In this document: positions 61,591-64,000 of the stretch, one piece after another
Layout: each line of letters begins with the position of its first letter
Numbering within the stretch: position 1 is the first letter of the stretch
NCBI GenBank assembly: GCA_964475215.1
Contig: CAYYVT010000187.1
Location: 3,506-67,505, forward strand
Source of the DNA: an uncultured Nitrososphaerales archaeon
GTDB lineage: Archaea > Thermoproteota > Nitrososphaeria > Conexivisphaerales > DTJL01
Length of the DNA stretch: 64,000 nucleotides
Reading direction: 5' to 3'
Position numbers and translations under genes: made by a program
The notes under the pieces: generated by a model
The model's input: only the letters and a program-made list of their open reading frames with translations
Told to the model about the DNA's origin: nothing
Databases searched by the model: none

Positions 61591-63171
61591 TTACCGGTGA
61601 ACCATGCTCACGGTCATCCAGTCGAGCTTGGATCTGTTGGCCCAGCTGAACTTCCTCTGCATCGTCTTTGGGTACAAGGCCTGCCAATTGAAGCCCACGT
61701 GGTCGGCCCACGCCTTGTACACCCTTGGATCGATATAGTTCTTGAGAGATGTATTCAGGTTGTAATCTCTAGTCTTCCTGGCTATCTCCAAGGACAACTC
61801 CGCCTTGCGAAGGCGTCTCTCGGATGCCTCTGCCTGCTTGTCCGTCCCTGGTCGGCCAATCTTCAGCTCTCTGACCCTTTCCTCCTTCCTCCTAAGGCTT
61901 TCATCCCAGCTCTTGGGCGGGGTCCTTTTGTGGTTACACAGCACCGCGGCTTGAAGGTTGGCCATCTTCGCGAGATAGAGGTCAAGCTCGAGGTCGTCTT
62001 CCTCTGCCTTACCCTCGACCGATGACAGGTAGTCTCTGACGACGTTAGTCGCATGATAGGTCCTGAAAACCTTAGCCGTCAGGCCGCGAACGATGCCCCC
62101 CAAATATGAGTTGACCTTCGACGACGTCACTCCATCAAACACGAGCTCCTCGGGCTTCTTTCCCGTCAGGAACTCCTCGAAGTTCGCAATTACCCGTGGC
62201 TTAACATCTCGGAGAACCTTCAGCCATCTTACACTATCCTTGCCCAAGAAGTCAAACAAGATGTCTCCGTCCTTTATGGTCACGTGCTCTACCCTTAGCG
62301 TTGTGGCGCCGACCGTGTCCGCTTCGTCTTCATCCTTCTCGTCACCCACCCTCATACACAATCGATCTATCAGATAGCAGACTGTGGCAACCTTTCGTGT
62401 TTGCTTGTCGCGACTGGCTAGACCCATTTCTATCCTCTTCCGAACGCGACTTATAGTCTGTTCAAGCTTGAGTGCCTTGTCGTACTTGGACCTGTTCTTC
62501 TCTTGGGCCAGGAAGCTGCTTTCATGAGGCCAAACGTACTTGACCTTCCCTGACAAGCCGTCCACCCAAGAGGCTAGCCACATGCAAGAAGGCTCGTGGA
62601 CTATCTTTCCCCAGTTGCCGGGAGGCGCTTTGGCAGTTCGATCTAGGTTAAGCGTAATATCCCGCTCTTCAATTCTCGGCTTCCATCTCCCTCTCATGGG
62701 ATGGCTGCCCCTGCCCTGGAAGATACCAGGAGGCTCGACCACCCAATTCTGAATCTCGACTCTCTTGCCGTCAATCCGGGCGTAGCCGTAGTTCTCCTTT
62801 AACGCCTCCTTTGCCTTCTTTCGCTCAGATGCCAGCCTTCTCTTCTCCGCTTTGCCAAGCGTTTCCCTCTGTTTCTTTTCGGAGTCGACTTGATTGTTGA
62901 ATTCCATAAAATCGAGGTCGTTTAGGGAGGCTGACCTGTGTTCAGCCGGCAGTTCTCTGGAGAAATCCTTCCAGAAGTTGCTGACGTATACGGGGTCACT
63001 GACGTATGCCGTATCCTTCTTCTTGGCCCATGAGTAGGCCATTTCCTCAGCCAGAGGGCTCAATGAGAAGAATTCACCCTTGAACCTCAGCCTTAGGTTT
63101 CGTGGCTCGTATGGAGGGGTAAAGACCACGCCGTTATGACTGAGACTGTGCCAATAGCCCGCCTTGGGCAT
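61591..63171 (-). CDS. DNA topoisomerase IB (eukaryote/poxvirus type)
   Basis: 526 aa. N-terminal WHSLSHNGVVFPPPYEP, core KVFRTYHATN, and a C-terminal active-site context NTSLKNYIDPRVY (S-x-x-N-Y-I-D-P-R). Confidence 0.88.
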   Translation of the reverse strand: MPKAGYWHSLSHNGVVFTPPYEPRNLRLRFKGEFFSLSPLAEEMAYSWAKKKDTAYVSDPVYVSNFWKDFSRELPAEHRSASLNDLDFMEFNNQVDSEKKQRETLGKAEKRRLASERKKAKEALKENYGYARIDGKRVEIQNWVVEPPGIFQGRGSHPMRGRWKPRIEERDITLNLDRTAKAPPGNWGKIVHEPSCMWLASWVDGLSGKVKYVWPHESSFLAQEKNRSKYDKALKLEQTISRVRKRIEMGLASRDKQTRKVATVCYLIDRLCMRVGDEKDEDEADTVGATTLRVEHVTIKDGDILFDFLGKDSVRWLKVLRDVKPRVIANFEEFLTGKKPEELVFDGVTSSKVNSYLGGIVRGLTAKVFRTYHATNVVRDYLSSVEGKAEEDDLELDLYLAKMANLQAAVLCNHKRTPPKSWDESLRRKEERVRELKIGRPGTDKQAEASERRLRKAELSLEIARKTRDYNLNTSLKNYIDPRVYKAWADHVGFNWQALYPKTMQRKFSWANRSKLDWMTVSMVHR

Positions 63172-63317
63172 AGCCTAGCGCCTGATTCAAGACCTTTTAA
63201 GTTGTTCCTTTTATGTCCTCACGCCGCCTCTATCTGCTTTGACCCAACGGCCACTTTCGGATAGAGCGTAAACTAGACTTAAATATCGTCTTCCGAAGCC
63301 TAAGCCTGAAGGCCCTT

Positions 63318-64000
63318 TTGTCAACCGACAAGAGGCTGGGCCTAGCCCTCCTCGTCATTTTCCTCGTTCTGCCTTTGGCCGCAGCTTACGCTTCAAACCC
63401 GGTCGAACTTGAAGCGGGATGGAATGAAGGCAAGGGGAGCCTTCTTCTTGTGTTAGTTTTCGTGGCAATCGAGGGCCTAGATGCCACGTACAGAATGAAT
63501 AAGACCAAGCTGGCACTAGCCCTCGCCTGTTCCATCTTCCTCTCCCTGATCTTCTACTACGATCCTAGCTCGTTGCAGTTCATCACCCAAGCTGGCACCT
63601 ACTTCGGCGTCGCCCCCAGCCTTCTCATTTACAGCTGGCATGAATTCTGGGTTACGGTGGTGTACCTTGCCTTGGTGTTGGCATTGATTGTCGACCTGAC
63701 CGGGCTTGGGCAATTCAGGGCCTTCCTGTTCACACTTGTGTATACGGTCCTGATGGCGATCGTCCTCTTGTTGGACGCCATCTTCCCATATAACGAATTG
63801 GGACCGCTGCAGGCTTTCGTGCCCGTGCTCGTGGGCATCGCCACCTACATCATGAAGGCAACTAAGCTTGTCAACGTTACATCCTTCGGGAACATCATGC
63901 TCATCAACGCGGGAGGGACGGTGAAGGCGCTCGTCGTCTACTGGCCTTCTGCAGGCGTTGACAGCTTCCTGATATTCACTGGAATAGCAATCGCATTCCT
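63318..64000 (+). CDS. polytopic membrane protein, exosortase/archaeosortase-like (3' end cut by window edge)
   Basis: ORF absent from the track because no stop lies before the window end. TTG 63318 is the first canonical start after the in-frame TGA at 63240. At least 6 hydrophobic helices. The segment VVYWPSAGVDSFLIFTGIAIAF resembles the sortase active-site helix. Confidence 0.45.
   Translation, partial: MSTDKRLGLALLVIFLVLPLAAAYASNPVELEAGWNEGKGSLLLVLVFVAIEGLDATYRMNKTKLALALACSIFLSLIFYYDPSSLQFITQAGTYFGVAPSLLIYSWHEFWVTVVYLALVLALIVDLTGLGQFRAFLFTLVYTVLMAIVLLLDAIFPYNELGPLQAFVPVLVGIATYIMKATKLVNVTSFGNIMLINAGGTVKALVVYWPSAGVDSFLIFTGIAIAF

Noticed and set aside
1-64000. Search for CRISPR arrays, rRNA genes, IS elements or transposases, and toxin or defence-type operons.
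   Set aside because: No regularly spaced direct repeats, no rRNA-like sequence, no DDE or tyrosine-recombinase motifs and no terminal inverted repeats bracketing ORFs were seen. The only mobile-element-like signal is the tRNA-Thr-flanked islet.

Overview
Gene-dense 64-kb chromosomal segment of an archaeon, about 50% GC by eye, with roughly 70 CDS and 7 tRNA genes. It combines both PolD subunits (DP1 and DP2), a eukaryote-type topoisomerase IB, Elf1, Cdc6, a four-OB RPA-like protein, TFS, RpoL, RpoF, Csl4, Dph2, Dph6, aRF1, Pus10, Nob1 and SRP54. That combination fits a Thaumarchaeota (Nitrososphaerota)-related TACK lineage. The metabolic genes suggest a peptide- and organic-acid-using heterotroph, not a classical ammonia oxidiser: a fused IOR-type oxidoreductase, ADP-forming acetyl-CoA synthetase, an Opp/Dpp peptide ABC transporter and a prpD-prpB-citrate synthase methylcitrate cluster. 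TTG and GTG starts and 4-nt TTGA start/stop overlaps are common. Main points of interest: (1) a probable replication origin upstream of cdc6 with four same-orientation ORB elements; (2) seven introns in three of the seven tRNA genes, six at non-canonical positions, including a tRNA-Met(CAU) split by three introns, each in a hand-verifiable bulge-helix-bulge; (3) a 3.4-kb islet with a GC-rich core, bounded by a 17-bp direct repeat of the 3' end of an atypical tRNA-Thr(UGU), with no integrase and a DsrE/TusA-like sulfur-relay module, a tandem Lrp regulator and a DUF1059-like mini-protein; (4) a DRG-family protein whose GTPase motifs are all degenerate; (5) several genes or gene remnants without a canonical start or with apparent frameshifts. 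No CRISPR array, rRNA or obvious transposase was seen. Functions are inferred from motifs read in the translations; no database search was possible.
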